From Eledone cirrhosa (taxonomy: Eukaryota), in assembly GCA_964016885.1 (NCBI GenBank), contig OZ024743.1, positions 188,604,001 to 188,668,000 on the forward strand: a stretch of DNA of 64,000 bases. Reading direction: 5' to 3'. Shown one piece after another: positions 40,649-54,620 of the stretch. Numbering within the stretch: position 1 is the first letter of the stretch; every line of letters begins with the position of its first letter. The translations under genes and the position numbers were made by a program. Under the pieces are notes generated by a model. It was not told the origin of the DNA and searched no databases. It saw nothing but the letters and a program-made list of their open reading frames with translations.

Positions 40649-41865
40649 TATTTTCCCGTTTTCTTTCACTTTGAATTTCTAGTATATCTTTACATAGCTG
40701 TCATCATCCATATACATTACATGTCCATACAGCACAATCTTCTCTTGTATATGCAACATCTGATTCTTCTTATACCTATTTTTTTTCTCATCTCATCTGT
40801 GGTTCATTGTATATGCATTACACATCCAACGAAGCATGCTCACTTCGTTTCTAACTTTCTGTATTCAGTGCCCATATCGTCTTTTATATACATGAGAGAG
40901 AGAGAGAGTAGATACTTATGACACTAGTAATCATTGACAATAAAATTATCACTTTATAATTAGAGGATACACTTTACAGTTATAAAAACTATTTTCCTTA
41001 CATTTAAATTTCATTTTCTAAAGAATATTTTATTTTTATAATTGGATTATCAATACATATAATTTAAATTTTAATAATAATTATTTAAAAATCGTATATT
41101 AGGTGTGTCTTTGTTCTCATTAGCAATCTTAATGCCATTAATACAAATATACTTTCTAAACTACATACTAATACAAATATGAACCATCCATGTATAGAAT
41201 ATTTTGAATGAAACAAAATTGTAGTTTTATGTTCATTTAAAAAAACAACCAGATATATTTTATCAGGAATTATTTTGAAGCAGAAACATAACTGCTTATA
41301 GGAAAAAGGAAAAGTTGATCCTTGACGGTTTCATTTCATAGTCATAATTTTTATATATAAGTAAAATGTATGGCATACTTGATTTTTAACTAATAATTTT
41401 CAGTTGTTTTGAAAGTATCAGTAGAGGGTCGGACACCATGCTTTCCAGCATAGTTACGCCCCTTTATGATCTGAGTTCAAATCCCGCCGAGGTTGACTTT
41501 GCCTTTCATCCTTACGGGGTCGATAAAATAAAGTACCAGTAATGCACTGGGTAATTGCTGGCCTTGTGCCTAAAGTAGAAACAATTATTATGACTCTATT
41601 GAAACAAACGTAGAAATAAGGGAATGAATGTAAGTTGTTAACCTTGATTTTTTGTAATACATGTGGGGGCGTATTGGTATGTGAATTGGATATTCACATA
41701 CCAATACTCGCCCACATGTGTAAGAAGACACACATGAATCCTTACATGCTCGCACACATATGCATGCACATGAATATACGTGCTGATATACATGTGCAAA
41801 GATGACTTACCAATTGCAATACAAACACCACATATGCCCAAACACAAAAACACAGGGCCAATGCA

Positions 41866-43089
41866 AATGGAAGATCAATCTTTCAGACTACTGAACAAAT
41901 TCCTTTATCTCAGATGAATCTATTCAAAGAAAAATGGGCTGGTTGGATGAGATGTGGAAATAAACTAAAACCTTATTCTTCATGATTTAAAAATGACTTT
42001 GATTTTTCTCTGATATTTCATGAACTAATATATTTATACATAATTCTATTTTTCATTTTCCACCTGACAAGTTTTCTGAAACTTATATATATATGCTATT
42101 TGTTAAGTATTAATTGAAATATGTACATGCGTGACATCCATTTCGTCCTCTCCACTCTCTCTCTATCTATCTTTCATTCTAGCTTACTCTTCTTAATTAT
42201 CATGGGTTATTAGTCACATTATAAACTGTATTATGATTGTATGTTTTTCCTTGCATAATGAGGAGTTTGAATAGATATTTATATGCAAGCAAATATATAC
42301 ACAGAGAGAAAGAAAGAGGGACAGAGGAGTGTAAGAGACAGAGGTAGTTAAAGTAAGAAATAAATACATATGTGAAAATCATTTTTAAATTTTAGTATTT
42401 TTCTAATAAGTTAATTGGTGAATGCAATAATTTAGTTCCAGCCATCGACGACACTTCTAATTGAATTCACACACACACGTATGTATGTATGTATGTATGT
42501 ATGTATGTATGTATGTATGTATGTATGTATGTATGTATGTATGTATGTATGTATGAATTGTAATTAGAAGTATTGTCGATGGCTGTAACTAAATTATTCC
42601 ATTGACCAATTAGCTTATTAGTAAAATCCTAAAATTTAATGCTTATATATATACCCATCATCTCACAAATCACAACAAGCATATTTTTTTGTCACATCGC
42701 CAGTTTGAAGAGCAGACCGATAATGGAGTTGGGTCCATAACCCGTATGGGTGATCTTGAGTCAATCCTCTGTGAAATATGCTTAACAGATTGATACACAA
42801 TAAAAATCTAATACATGTAAATGAAACTTCCTCATTTTTTCAAATATATATATATAAATGTATATTTGAAAAAATGAGTTTCATTTGTCAGGTGGAAAAT
42901 TAAAAATAGAATTATGTATAACTATATTAGTTCATGAAATATCAGAGAAAAATCAAAGTCATTTTTAAATCATGAAGAATAAGGTTTTATTTTATATCCA
43001 CATCTCATCCAACCAGCCATTTTTCTTTGAATAGATTCATCTGAGATAAAGGAATTTGTTTAGTAGTCTGAAAGATTGATCTTCCATTT
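41866..43089. repeat. Nested inverted repeats
   Basis: Outer ~205-bp arms 41866-42070/42885-43089; inner ~85-bp arms 42386-42470/42553-42638 around (TATG)n; small hairpin 42831-42878. Confidence 0.85.
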
Positions 43090-44965
43090 TTCATATATTT
43101 CCTTCAAGTTTAAGGAAATTATATTTTGTCTATCCTTTGGTAGAAATTTTTAAAGTGTATTTATCCAAGATAAACATGATTTAATGGTAAGATGCAGGAT
43201 GTTGGGAAACTTGAGATATTCTGGTATATGTTCACTGTGAATAAAACTATAAACCAAATTTTGCAAGTACTTGAAGCCATCTTCAGAATATATATCTCTT
43301 CTCAATAACTACAACTTTCTTCTTTTTTCTTTTGTTTTTGTTAGATGTATATGAATCTTTAATTGCTGTATCTCAGAATATCATTGATATACAATATATT
43401 AATGTGAAGCAAATACGTATTTATGTATATAAATGGATATGTGTGAGTGCGTTGGTGTATATATGTGTAAAGATACATATATATGTTGTAATATTTATAT
43501 ATATTAGTACTTATATGAAATCTCCCTCTTTAATGTATGTAGTGGGGAATGAAGAAGATACACTATGTTTAAAAAACAAATGTTGAGAAACTGACATGTT
43601 ATTATATAAAGAAAATATATGTATATTTTATTTGTATGCTGTAAGTACATGTAGACTTGGTTGAAAGGGGAAAAAAAGAAAGTTCTTTGGTAACTAATCA
43701 TATTCTACATACTTTTTTTACTTTCATACTTTCATAATAAAGAAGATATATATATATATCATCATAATCATCCTCATTTTACCTTCACATTCCATGCTAG
43801 CAAAGGTTGAACAGGTTGTCATGGTCTGAGACTAGACTGTTTGGAGAAATACATCTTGTTCTTATGTGATTTCTTTGGCTGAATACATCTAATGGCAACC
43901 AATTTGCAAAGTGTATTGGGTGCTTTTATCATTGCATCATCACTACCAGCATGGGTGTAATTTTCGGTAGTAGTAGAAGTTTTAATTTAGGCACAAGACC
44001 AGCAATTTGGCTGGTAGGGACTCAAGTACTTAACTGGTAATTTATTTCATTGAACCCAGAATTGTAAAAACCATAATTAAATACCTTAAGGAATTTAATC
44101 TGACGTTCTACAGATTTCATTATCAACAACAACAACAGCAACAATGGAAACAAAATCAAAATACAAAAGACATCAAGAAACAAGAAGCAGTTCTGATAAT
44201 AATGATTTCTGATTTAAGCACAGGACTAACAAACTTTGGGGAAGAGAAAATTGATTAAATTGACCCCAGTGCATTACTCATACTTTATTTTATCGACCCC
44301 CATAAGGATGAAAGGCAAAGGTAATTTCAGCAGGATTTGAACTCACCCAAGACATCACCATATATTATTCTGACACACTAAAGCCTTTTCCTACATCTTT
44401 CTGTGAACCTACAGGTGTTCAGTCTATAAGCATTTAGTCTCACCAATTTGACCACATTCTCCCATATTTAATTACATTTACTGCATAATATGACAACACA
44501 TCAACATGAAAACGAATAAGTGGTATAAACATGTACCAAGCATACTACCTGAAATCATCTTGCCATGATCTTTTGAAACATACCTAACCAGACTAATAAA
44601 GAAATAAAAGCAAACCATTCAGATATAATTATCAAGGGATGGAACACTGATAAACATTTTGTTCCACTTCTTCTTATTCTTATTATTATGGCGGTGGATT
44701 GGCAGTATCGGTAGTGGGTTGGATGCCATGCTTTGGCCCTTTTCGTTCTGAGTGCAAATTTTTCCAAGGTTAACTTTGTCTTTCATCCTTACAGGGTTGA
44801 TAAAATAAAGTATCAGTAATGCACTGGGGTAATTGCTGGCCTTGTGCAAAAAGTAGAAACATCATCATCATCATCTTCGTTTAACGTCCATCTTCCACGC
44901 TACTATGGGTTAGACGGGAGTTGTCCCACTTGAGGCAAGGTTGGTTGGATGACCGTGTCTCGTTC

Positions 44966-45460
44966 AATTATTATTATTATTATTCGATGTCTCAGTCATT
45001 GATGTACTTCAACTAGAATAATTGCCCTAATGAATATCAAAATGCTACACGCAGCCTCAGATATTTAAGCATGCCTTTTGAAGTGTTACAAATCAGAGGA
45101 GTGGGCTGATGGTCTTTAGCCAGCCTTGGAAACTCTTAGAGTTTGTACCCAGTGCTCCCATGATGATGAGGCTGACTTTGATCTCATGACAGTTCCAAAT
45201 CCTTTTCAGTTCCCACTTCAGATCCTGGCATTGGTTAATTTTTCCCTCTCCTTTTCCTGTATTCTAGTGTCGAAGGGGAAAACTATATCTATAATCAAGC
45301 ACAAACTTTTTTTTTCTTGTCAAAAACCACCACATCAAACCTATTGTGTTCTAATTCTTTATCAGTTTGTATTCTGAAATTCCACAACACCTTCATCCGG
45401 TCATTTTCCACCACTGATTCTGGCTTATGTTTATACCACCTCTCAGAATGGGGTAAATTG
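44966..45460 (-). mobile_element. Older 3' fragment of R4/Dong-type LINE
   Basis: Diverged homolog of 45463-45980 with its own (TAA)n tail. Confidence 0.75.
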
Positions 45461-45462
45461 TT

Positions 45463-48030
45463 TTATTATTATTATTGTTCTTTGAGTCTCAGTCATTGAT
45501 GTTATTTAACTGGAAAGTTTGTTGAAATGAATATCAAGCCGCTACCTGCCGCCTCAGATATTCAGGACGGATCGGAGGGTTCTTGCTGTTGCCAGCAAGC
45601 ATGCCTTTTGAAGTGTTCCAAAAAGCGGGGCTGAACTAATCTTCTTTAACCATCCTTGGAAACGCCTTGAGATAGTACCTAGAACGCCTATGACAATCGG
45701 GACGACCTTGATTTCAATCCTTTTTAACTCCCACTTTAAGTCCTGGTATCGGTTAATTTTCTCCCTCTCCTTTTCTTGCACTCTCGTGTCGAATGGGCAG
45801 GCTACATCTACAATCAGGCACAATCTTTTTTCCTTGTCCAAAACCACAGAGGTCAGGCCTATTGTGTTCTAATTTCTTGTTCGTCTATATCCTAAAATCA
45901 CATAGCATCTTCACCTGATCGTTTTCTATCACCGACTCTGGCTTATGCTCATACCACTTCTCAGAATGTGGTAAATTGTTTACTTTGCATAGATGCCAGT
46001 GGATCACCCTGCCTATCATATCATGTCTCCAGCCCTTATAGTGAGTCTGGGCTAGGTGTTTACACTCGGATACAATGTGAGCCATAGTCTCCTCTCTCGC
46101 TTCACAGATCCTACACAGTAAACTAGCCTCCTCCTTGTAAATATGATGTTTCACCCACTTCGTTCTGAGGGCTTGCTCTTGCGCAGCCATTAGCATTCCT
46201 TCTGTAGCTTTTTTAAGGTCTCCTCATTTCAACCAGTTCCATGTCTGTGGATCTCTAAATTCTGTTTTCCTAAAAGTAGTATGAAGGGATTTTTCATGAA
46301 GGTTGCTCCTCCTCCTTGTTGTTATTTCCTCCTTGGTCATCCCTGGTCTATTGTCTTCTCCTTCAGTACAATTTTGAGCATTGGCTCCCTACTGTCAGTC
46401 ACATATTTGTGCAGGTTGTTTTTCTCCATCTGCACACAGTCCTCTATGCTGATAAAACCTCTTCCACCTTCAGATCTCTTTAAGTAGAGTCTATCGACAT
46501 CACTCCTCTTGTGGAACATGTTGTGGGTAGGCAATAGCTTCCTAGTCTTCCTATCCATTTCGTTTTGTTCAGCAACATTCCATTTCAGAATCCTAATAAT
46601 GGACACACCTCGGGAATTCACTGCACTTATGACATTCCTACTATTTAGATGTGATTTTAATACGCTCCTTACTCTCCTTATGTACTCAGGTCTTATCAAT
46701 TCCTTCATTTTTTGTTTTTGATGTCATCTGTCTCCAGAACACCTAAATATTTGAATCCCTCCTCAGTGTCAATTTCCTTTATCATCTCACCTGTTGGTAC
46801 CTGGATTCCATTGCTTCTGTTCAATTTACTCCTCTTCATCACTAGGACTCCACACTTACTAATACCAAAATGCATACATATATCATTGCTGAAAATACGG
46901 ACAGTGTCAACAAATACATCCAACTCCTTCTCACTCTTCCCAAAGAGTTTAAGATCGTCCATGAGGAGGAGGTGATTGATGGTAATCTCTCCCTTTCCCG
47001 ACTTGTATCCTGCTCTCACTTTTCACAATACAATGGTCAGGGGTATCAGAGCAAGGACAAACAGCAGAGGGGATAAACTATCTCCCCGGAAGATACCTCT
47101 CTTGATCTTCACGCCTCCCAAGTATTCTCCACCCGATGTCAACTGTTTCCCAGGACTTCATACTTTTGCTCAACAACTGTCTGATGTTATCTGCCACGTT
47201 GAAGATCTCTAGGCTTTTGGTTATCCAAGAATGAGGTACCATGTTGAATGCCTTTTTGTAATCTATCCATCCGATGGCAAGACCAGTTTGCCTCCTCTTG
47301 CAATTCCTCATTACCATCTTATCAATAAGTAACTAGTCTTTTGTACCATGGTACTTCTTTTGGCATCCTTTCTGTTCGTCCAGTAGCAAGTTGTTTATGT
47401 GGAGGTGATGGTAGATTTCCTCAGACACATTGCTTGTTAACAGTTTCCACATTATGGACAGACGTGATAGGTCTATAGTTGGTAACATCATTACCCTTCA
47501 TTTGGTCTTTCATTACCAGAACTGTGGTATTTTTTGTCAACCACTCAGGTACCTCACCCGACACCAAGCAGTCATTGAACATGGTTGTCAGTTTCGGGTG
47601 GAGGGATGTTATGTTTTAATCCAATACCCTTGCACGCCATCTGGGCCTGGTGATTTCCAGTTGGTTAGTTTTTTGGCCTGCGCTTTAAGAGTTTCATCTG
47701 TGATACTCAAATCAGGTTGTTGATGTGCTTGTTCACTAATCTCCTTTTGTACTGCCTGACTATTATGTTCAACATCCTGCTCCCATATTCCTCTCCAGAA
47801 TGTCTTAGTCTGTTCCGCCTCAGGGATCACGTCGTTGCCTCTTTCTTTCCCTTCAAGCTGTCCAAACAACATCTTCTGGTTGTTGTCAAACATGCGGTTC
47901 TGTCTATACTGACTGACTCTGTTCTCATACCCCCTAATCTTTACAGTTTTTGCTACAATGCGTTGCTTCAGTTCCTCTATCATAATATTTAGCTTTTTTC
48001 CCCTAGTTTTGTATTTTATTTCCAATCTAT
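45463..48030 (-). mobile_element. R4/Dong-clade non-LTR retrotransposon (RT plus restriction-like endonuclease), decayed
   Basis: NWKSPGPDGVQGYWIK, WIDYKKAF, HLLLMDDLKLF, RLYLKRSEGGRG, AAQEQAL, CRIC..ETMAHIVSEC, VDVACP..EK..RY.DL..VPIVIG.LG; (TAA)n tail. Confidence 0.9.
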
Positions 48031-48578
48031 CTTTAGTGTCTATGTTTTATATTGTTATTTCTATATATTGATTATTCGAAATATATATTGTCATTACTAT
48101 ATATTGATTATATTGACCGAAGTACTTAACTGGTACATAATTTATCAACCCTAGAAAAATGAAAGGCGAAGTTGCCCATGGCTAGATTTCAACTCAGCAT
48201 GTTGAAAGTTGTAACCAAATGCTGCAAAGCCTTTTGTCCAACACTTTACGATTGCTGCAAATCTACTCACCTTGAATGATAGTAATATTATTAATCCACC
48301 TAATTTATAGGACAAGAAAATGGATCAGAAATTGCTACCAAGTACCAGCAGGAAAAAATGTAGCCTCTAGACTGAAATATCATTCCCAATAGATGATAAT
48401 CTAATTCAAATATATCACTAAAATTTGAAGTCTTACATGACAGCAAATAGCAATACTGGGCACTACACACATTTTAATAAAATAGAAAATATGTAAAGAA
48501 AACACTATATATACGCAAAGGCATATAGTGTTGTACTCAGTTGTATAATGGAAGAATGCAATACAAATATGATAGCTG

Positions 48579-48624
48579 AGTAGCAGTAGTAGTAGTAGTA
48601 GTAGTAGTAGTAGCAATAGTAGTA

Positions 48625-48665
<41 letters not shown>
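48579..48665. repeat. (TAG)n microsatellite
   Basis: Direct reading. Confidence 0.95.
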
Positions 48666-51600
48666 TTAACCTTATCCTCTCAGTGGGATACTTTAAATAG
48701 TACACAGTATGTTGTATCATTAATTTAGATCTTGTAGCATTTGCTATCTGCTAAATAAGAATTAAACAGAAAGCCAAGCCTCTTTCATATAATTTTAATC
48801 ATTCCTAGAAAACTGTTCTATGTTGGAGAATTGTGAAATCTTTAAATCAGAGATTGTTAGCCAAAAGACATATATTTCTATGCAGTATCTTTCTTTATAT
48901 CACTTTCTATTTCTCCATATCACACTCTCAATTTCCCTGTCGCTCGTGTGATAAGTAGGTTTCCGTGTTTTTAAATAATAGCATGTTAGTAGACATTCTG
49001 ATTTCTAATGAATAATACAGTTGGAAGGTGAAACTTCTTTGAAAAAACAAAATTGCTTGTAACGTTGGCAGTAAACGATTGAATGAAACTAGAGAGAAAT
49101 TGAGGAAGGTCCTTAAAAAGAGAATAGTAAATGTTTGAAAAGTAAAATAAATGTTATGTTACATCTGGACTTGATAGTAGAGATACTACAACCATTGTTG
49201 GTTTTAATGGAAAGAAGAATGTATATCAGTCACAACTTTCTTCTCAGAATACTCAATAACTTCCTTCACTGTTACATTATACTAAATCTTCCATCGTTTT
49301 CAATGATGAGTATTCAATTTGTCAATGAAGAGCATGTCCTACATGTTAAACAACATGTCGTACTTGTTAAATCAACATGTTTGCACTCAAGTATTCCACA
49401 GATACATGCATTCTTACATAATTCTCAAGCCAAGGCAATGTGACAGGGTATGATGATAATACTGGGCATTTCCACACTGTTTCTATTTCCCCAGTTTCAT
49501 TCACATGGCTTGGGTCGATCCAGGGCTATGAAAAATAAAGGTACTTATCCAAGAGGTCACACAGTGGTATCCTACTCTGTGCCTTCTGATTACAAAGCCA
49601 AAATGTTAATCACTCAACCATGCTTGTTTCTTTATAAGTATTATGGCATATGTATATAAATACATTTGCATATACGTTTTAGTATGCAACTCAGCCTGTT
49701 TGTTATTTGTTCCACATCAGCACTGGTCAAGTATGCCTATGACCGAAATCATTACAACTATGACCAACATATATTGTTTCTATTTTTTTTACTTAATGAA
49801 GGTAAGTCTACATTATCCAATATATCTTTTCCTTTTTAAGAGACTTAGGTGTGGTATTTTGGAAGCATTGTTTAAATAACATAAGATTTAGGGTCTTTCC
49901 CTTGGGCATTTGTGAAACATTCAATAATGAATCAAAACTGTGGTGGATTTGTTTAGACAGTGCCATACTTTTCATTCTATTACTGTATGGTAACATTTTT
50001 GAATCAGTCTAAATGAACTAAACAAAATGAGAAGCTTAAGGCAAAACTGAAACCAGAGTATTATTAGTAAAGATAAATAGTGTTTTGATAGTCATACCAT
50101 TTCTATCAAAATGAAATGAAGGTATATAAAGTGTGGTTACCATAATTATGCAAATGAAAACTGCATCATAAATTCAGTCTTAACATCAATATTCATAGTT
50201 AATAGAAAAAGAGTAATAAGATGTGATTCATATACCTAAATCCATGTTATTGTTAATGCAAATAAAAGGTTAGTGAATTGGCGAACTAAATAGTGCCTCA
50301 GATGAAGTGCATTGCAGTATTTTTTATGTCTCTCAACTTCATCTTTCATCCTTTCAGAATCAATAAAATACAGTACCAGTCATGTACTGGGATCGATATA
50401 ATTGACTTAATCCTTCCCCACAAAATGTGTGGTCTTTTGCTTATGTTAGAAACCATTATTAAAGCAAAATAAAGGTGGTGAATTGGCAAATTGTTTGCAC
50501 CTGAAAGTTCTGAGTTCAAATCCTACCAAGTTTGACAACAGAAATATTTAAGTCACTCCTATTAATCTGATCATGATTGAGAATATACACTTGAATTTCT
50601 TGTGACCTATGCCTTCATGTTATTGTAGTTGGGATGAAGGGAGTGTATTTCCATTTTCATATATGCTTCTATGTAATAAGAAAAAGAGTGGTTTGAAGGT
50701 TCCCTACCAAGGAAATTATTAATAATTGTTTCTACTTTTGGCACAAGGTCAGCAATTATCCCAGTATATTACTGGTACTTTATTTTATCGACCCCGTAAG
50801 GATGAAAGGCAAAGTAAACCTCAGCGGGAATTGAACTCAGATCGTAAAGGGACGTAACTATGCTGGAAAGCATATCCTACCCTCTACCGATACTGCCAAT
50901 TCAGTCTAACAAAATGGATAATCCAGTATGACTGGAATAGATGAGATTCTTGGTACTTAAGCTAAGTATGCAATTTTGAAAATCAGAATCATATATTTAA
51001 AGTAGGCCACATATGCATGTACTCTCCTTCTTGCTGTATTAAAGAAAACTTTATATTAAAATCCAATTTTTCATATGCATGCATTTTATGCCTTGCATTC
51101 ATGCAGATAATACCAGTAGTCTAGAAAACGAGAGAGCCAGAAAATCGATGGATTATCTGTGGTAATGATGACATCAGCAATTTTTAAGACATGTTTTAAC
51201 TTCATTATAGTAAGAAACAATTCAACCCGCCGAGGTTGACTTTGCCTTTCATCCTTACGGGGGTCGATAAAATAAAGTACCAGTGATGCACTGGGTAATT
51301 GCTGGCCTTGTGCCTAAAGTATAAACAATTATAGTAAGAAACAATTATAGTAAGATTTAGGCAAGAAAGCTGAATCTATGGATCCTTTTTTTCTATCTTG
51401 GTAAGGTATGATTAATTCCATAAGCTGTTGGTTCAGAAAGGAATCTAGGTCATATCAGCAGTCCTGATATTTCAATGTATGTAGTTCAACTTACTATATC
51501 TAGTTCTCTACTTAAATATCTGTTTCTGTACTGAACTCTCTTAAAGTATTTTGAAATATAGAATTGCCTGAAATTCTAAAGTTTAAATTATCTCTTGTAT

Positions 51601-51909
51601 AGCTTTTCCATTTATAGTACCTCAAATAAAACAAACAAAAAAGTCATTGCTAGATAAAATTATGAAGACAAATAATTTCACTTTTATTTTTTCCCAGAAT
51701 CTTTGGTGTTTTAGCACTTAGATTTAATTTATTCTCTTGTTAATGCAATCAATTCAGAGAAAATAAGTGTTTCAGAAATACTAAATGAAATTCTTCCAAA
51801 TACTTCATTTTCATTTGATATGTTATTTACTTTTATTCAACATTCTTCCCTTACTGCTCTGGCAGCACAATTAACAACTTGTTCAGAATTATATTTAAAA
51901 CTCAATATA

Positions 51910-52108
51910 TGAGGTAAGGCTGAAAATTCATAAACCGACTATGATGTAGTGATGCTAGAGCTCTGAAATCTTGCATGCATAAATTTCATCTTTTTTTTAA
52001 TCAATAACTGAATTGTTTCTTTCCAGGCACTATGTTGAAAAATAAAACTTATTTGGTCATTCCATGAGAAGGTTTTGGTCAGCCTATGAACTTTTTTGCC
52101 GACCTTCA
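51910..52108. mobile_element. Tc1/mariner-like MITE
   Basis: Imperfect ~30-bp TIRs TGAGGTAAGGCTGAAAATTCATAAACCGAC / GTCAGCCTATGAACTTTTTTGCCGACCTTCA, flanked by TA. Confidence 0.65.
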
Positions 52109-52399
52109 TAATATTGAATCAACACAATTAACAGTGTTCATAATTATATTTAAAACTCAATATAGGTATTGAAACACTCAGGTCAGGCCTCTGCCTGATA
52201 CTGGCACCATGTAATTCAGTACAACCTGCATCCATGGTTGCATAGTCGGTGACTATATCTGCTTCCCAACCAGACCCTGATCAGGTGAAAAGGGTAAGTG
52301 AGACCCCAAAAGTACAAAAAATTAAAATAATAATAATAAGCTGATAAAAGGGTGGATGAACTTTTCAGCCATCCACCAAAACTATGAGTTTAAATAGCC

Positions 52400-52700
52400 T
52401 CACCAACCCAGAATTGGCCAAGTGTGATAAAACCAATAAATACGTGCGAGGAAATGTTAAACGTTTTGTTGGTCACCAGGAAAAGTCTCCTCATCACTGT
52501 CAAGAGGAGGAAACTGGTGTGGTTTGGCACGTCAAACGACATGACAGCCTGTAGAAGATCATCATGCAAGGCACCATTGAAGGTGGGTGCAGGAGGAGAA
52601 GCCAAAGCAAAAAACTGGATAGACTATTTTGAATGTGCACTGCTTCTGCAATAGGATCCTTCTGACGACTACAGAAGTCAAGAGACTGATGATGATGAAG
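52400..52700 (+). mobile_element. Highly decayed RTE-type C-terminal fragment
   Basis: LLITVKRRKLVWFGH...KIIMQGTIEG..RRRSQ.K.W motif. Confidence 0.55.
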
Positions 52701-53562
52701 AATACAGCTACACCCCTGACATGATCAAAACCAAACAGAAAATGGTGGAGGTCAACTGGGGAGGAGGAGGGGGTCCTCTAAGAGGAGGGAGAAGGCCCTG
52801 GATTGGATTGGACAGTATTGAATCAAGATATTTATCAGCATTGATAACCAAGAAATGATTAATATTTTTTCAAACATATTTGAGTTAATAGTTCATTGGT
52901 TATCATGAATATCAAATTTTTCTTTAAACTTAAAAGAAATTCAAAAATACTTGATACATTGGCAAAATTCATAGATACTAATTTCCTTGACAATTTAAAT
53001 TTTGAGGGTTTGTTTTAAGTCTTGAAAATCATCTCAAGGAAAATTATAAAACCAATGATTTAGACTTAGAATCAAGTATTAAATAGTCACTGAAGTTTTA
53101 ATAGCAATTAGCTGAGATTCCTTGATGTGTTGAACAGCTTGTATTTGATGATGCAACATTAAGATATTTACATGGCAAACAGAGAATTTAATCCTTAACC
53201 TTTCCATGGTCTTTGCATTTTCACTGCAATTAGATACTCAACAGGATTTGACAGAAGATTCTAGGATTCATAGAAAAGGTATAGAAAAATATCCTTTAAT
53301 TTTGGAAAAGAAAACCCTTTTAAAAACAAAAACAAACAAAAAAAAACAAAAAAAAAACAAAGGAATAAAATGAATTTCAAGGTGTCAAGAGGGAAATTAT
53401 TTTAGAGTGATTCTAAAGAATATGTAGATTCTTTTCTAATGTTCAGCAAGTATCTACATTTCAGCCTATTGTGTACAACACCATTGTATGGTGTTTAATT
53501 TTTCTTGTAGAATATTAATTTTCGTAAACATTAAGTAAATCTAAAAGAAGCCACCAGTTACT

Positions 53563-54620
53563 ATCATCATCATCAGCACCGTTTAACATTCATTTTAGAC
53601 AAGATGTTCCATTGTGAGACGAACCAGATCAGATGATTGTGTCTTGCTCATACAGGGCTGACTTTAGCTAGGTTTCTATGGTTAGATGCCCTTCCTAACC
53701 CCAACCATATTTACAGTGTGTACTGGATGCTTTTTGGCATGATACCTACATGACCACTTAATAGTGTTGGCTGGGCGGTTTTATCATGACGCCTACATGA
53801 CCACTTTACAGTAAGGATTGGATGCTTTTTGTTGCAACACCAAAACAAATTTACAGTGTGGACTGAGCGCTGGGGCATTTACCAGGTGAAGAGTGGAGTG
53901 ATAGGGCGTGGGTAGAGAGTAACAATGTGAGTGGTTTATAGAAGGGAAGGTAGGGGAAGGTGGGTCTTTGTTTTACTGCATAATTCCAGAGATCTTGATC
54001 CTGTGTCATCACCTTTGAAAGTAGCAATTTTACAAGGTTTGCTTTTATTACCTCACCCCAGGTCATCTTACATCAATATACTCCATAGCTTGCACCAACT
54101 TTGAATGCCCTGCATCTTTTTATGCAGTTGTCATCCTTCATATGCATCACATGTCCATACCAATGCATTCTCCTCTCCTGCTCACTGCATCTGATCCCTC
54201 TTATACCCAGTTTCTTTCCCAGTTCATTTACTCTTTGCTGATCATACATATTAGTATTACACATCTGACAAAGCATGCAACCATTTATTTATTTCCAAAA
54301 TATGCAGGTCCTCTGCACAAAGTGCCCATGTCTCACTTCCATGCAGCATAGCAGTTCGTATAAATGCCTCATACCATGTGTTCTTCATTTTGAGGGAAAA
54401 AAACCTTTGTAATTTGCAGCGGTAGTAGCTCCCTGAACTTTTTCCATCCTGTTATCACTCTGGCTACTGTACTTTTAGAACACCCAGCTCCATTGCTAAT
54501 TTGGTCACTCACTGCTCCTGTGCAATGCCCACATTTGAAACCTACATTCCTTGCTAGGCTACCTGACATCCCACTACATCTCTTGTGTTCCAATATATTG
54601 CATTTGGGACAATATGTCAA
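53563..54620 (-). mobile_element. Decayed RTE family 2 copy
   Basis: HKRCSG...GWKKFRELLPL, ERRMHWYGHVMHM..DNCIKRC, followed by the 3' UTR. Confidence 0.8.

Noticed and set aside
49020-49443. 102-aa ORF and a KLRKVLKKR-containing frame
   Set aside because: No recognisable domain and no convincing start or splice context.
51107-53280. Multi-exon host gene suggested by AG/GT-bounded, coding-looking segments
   Set aside because: Most segments have several stops in every frame and I recognise no protein family; it needs a homology search.
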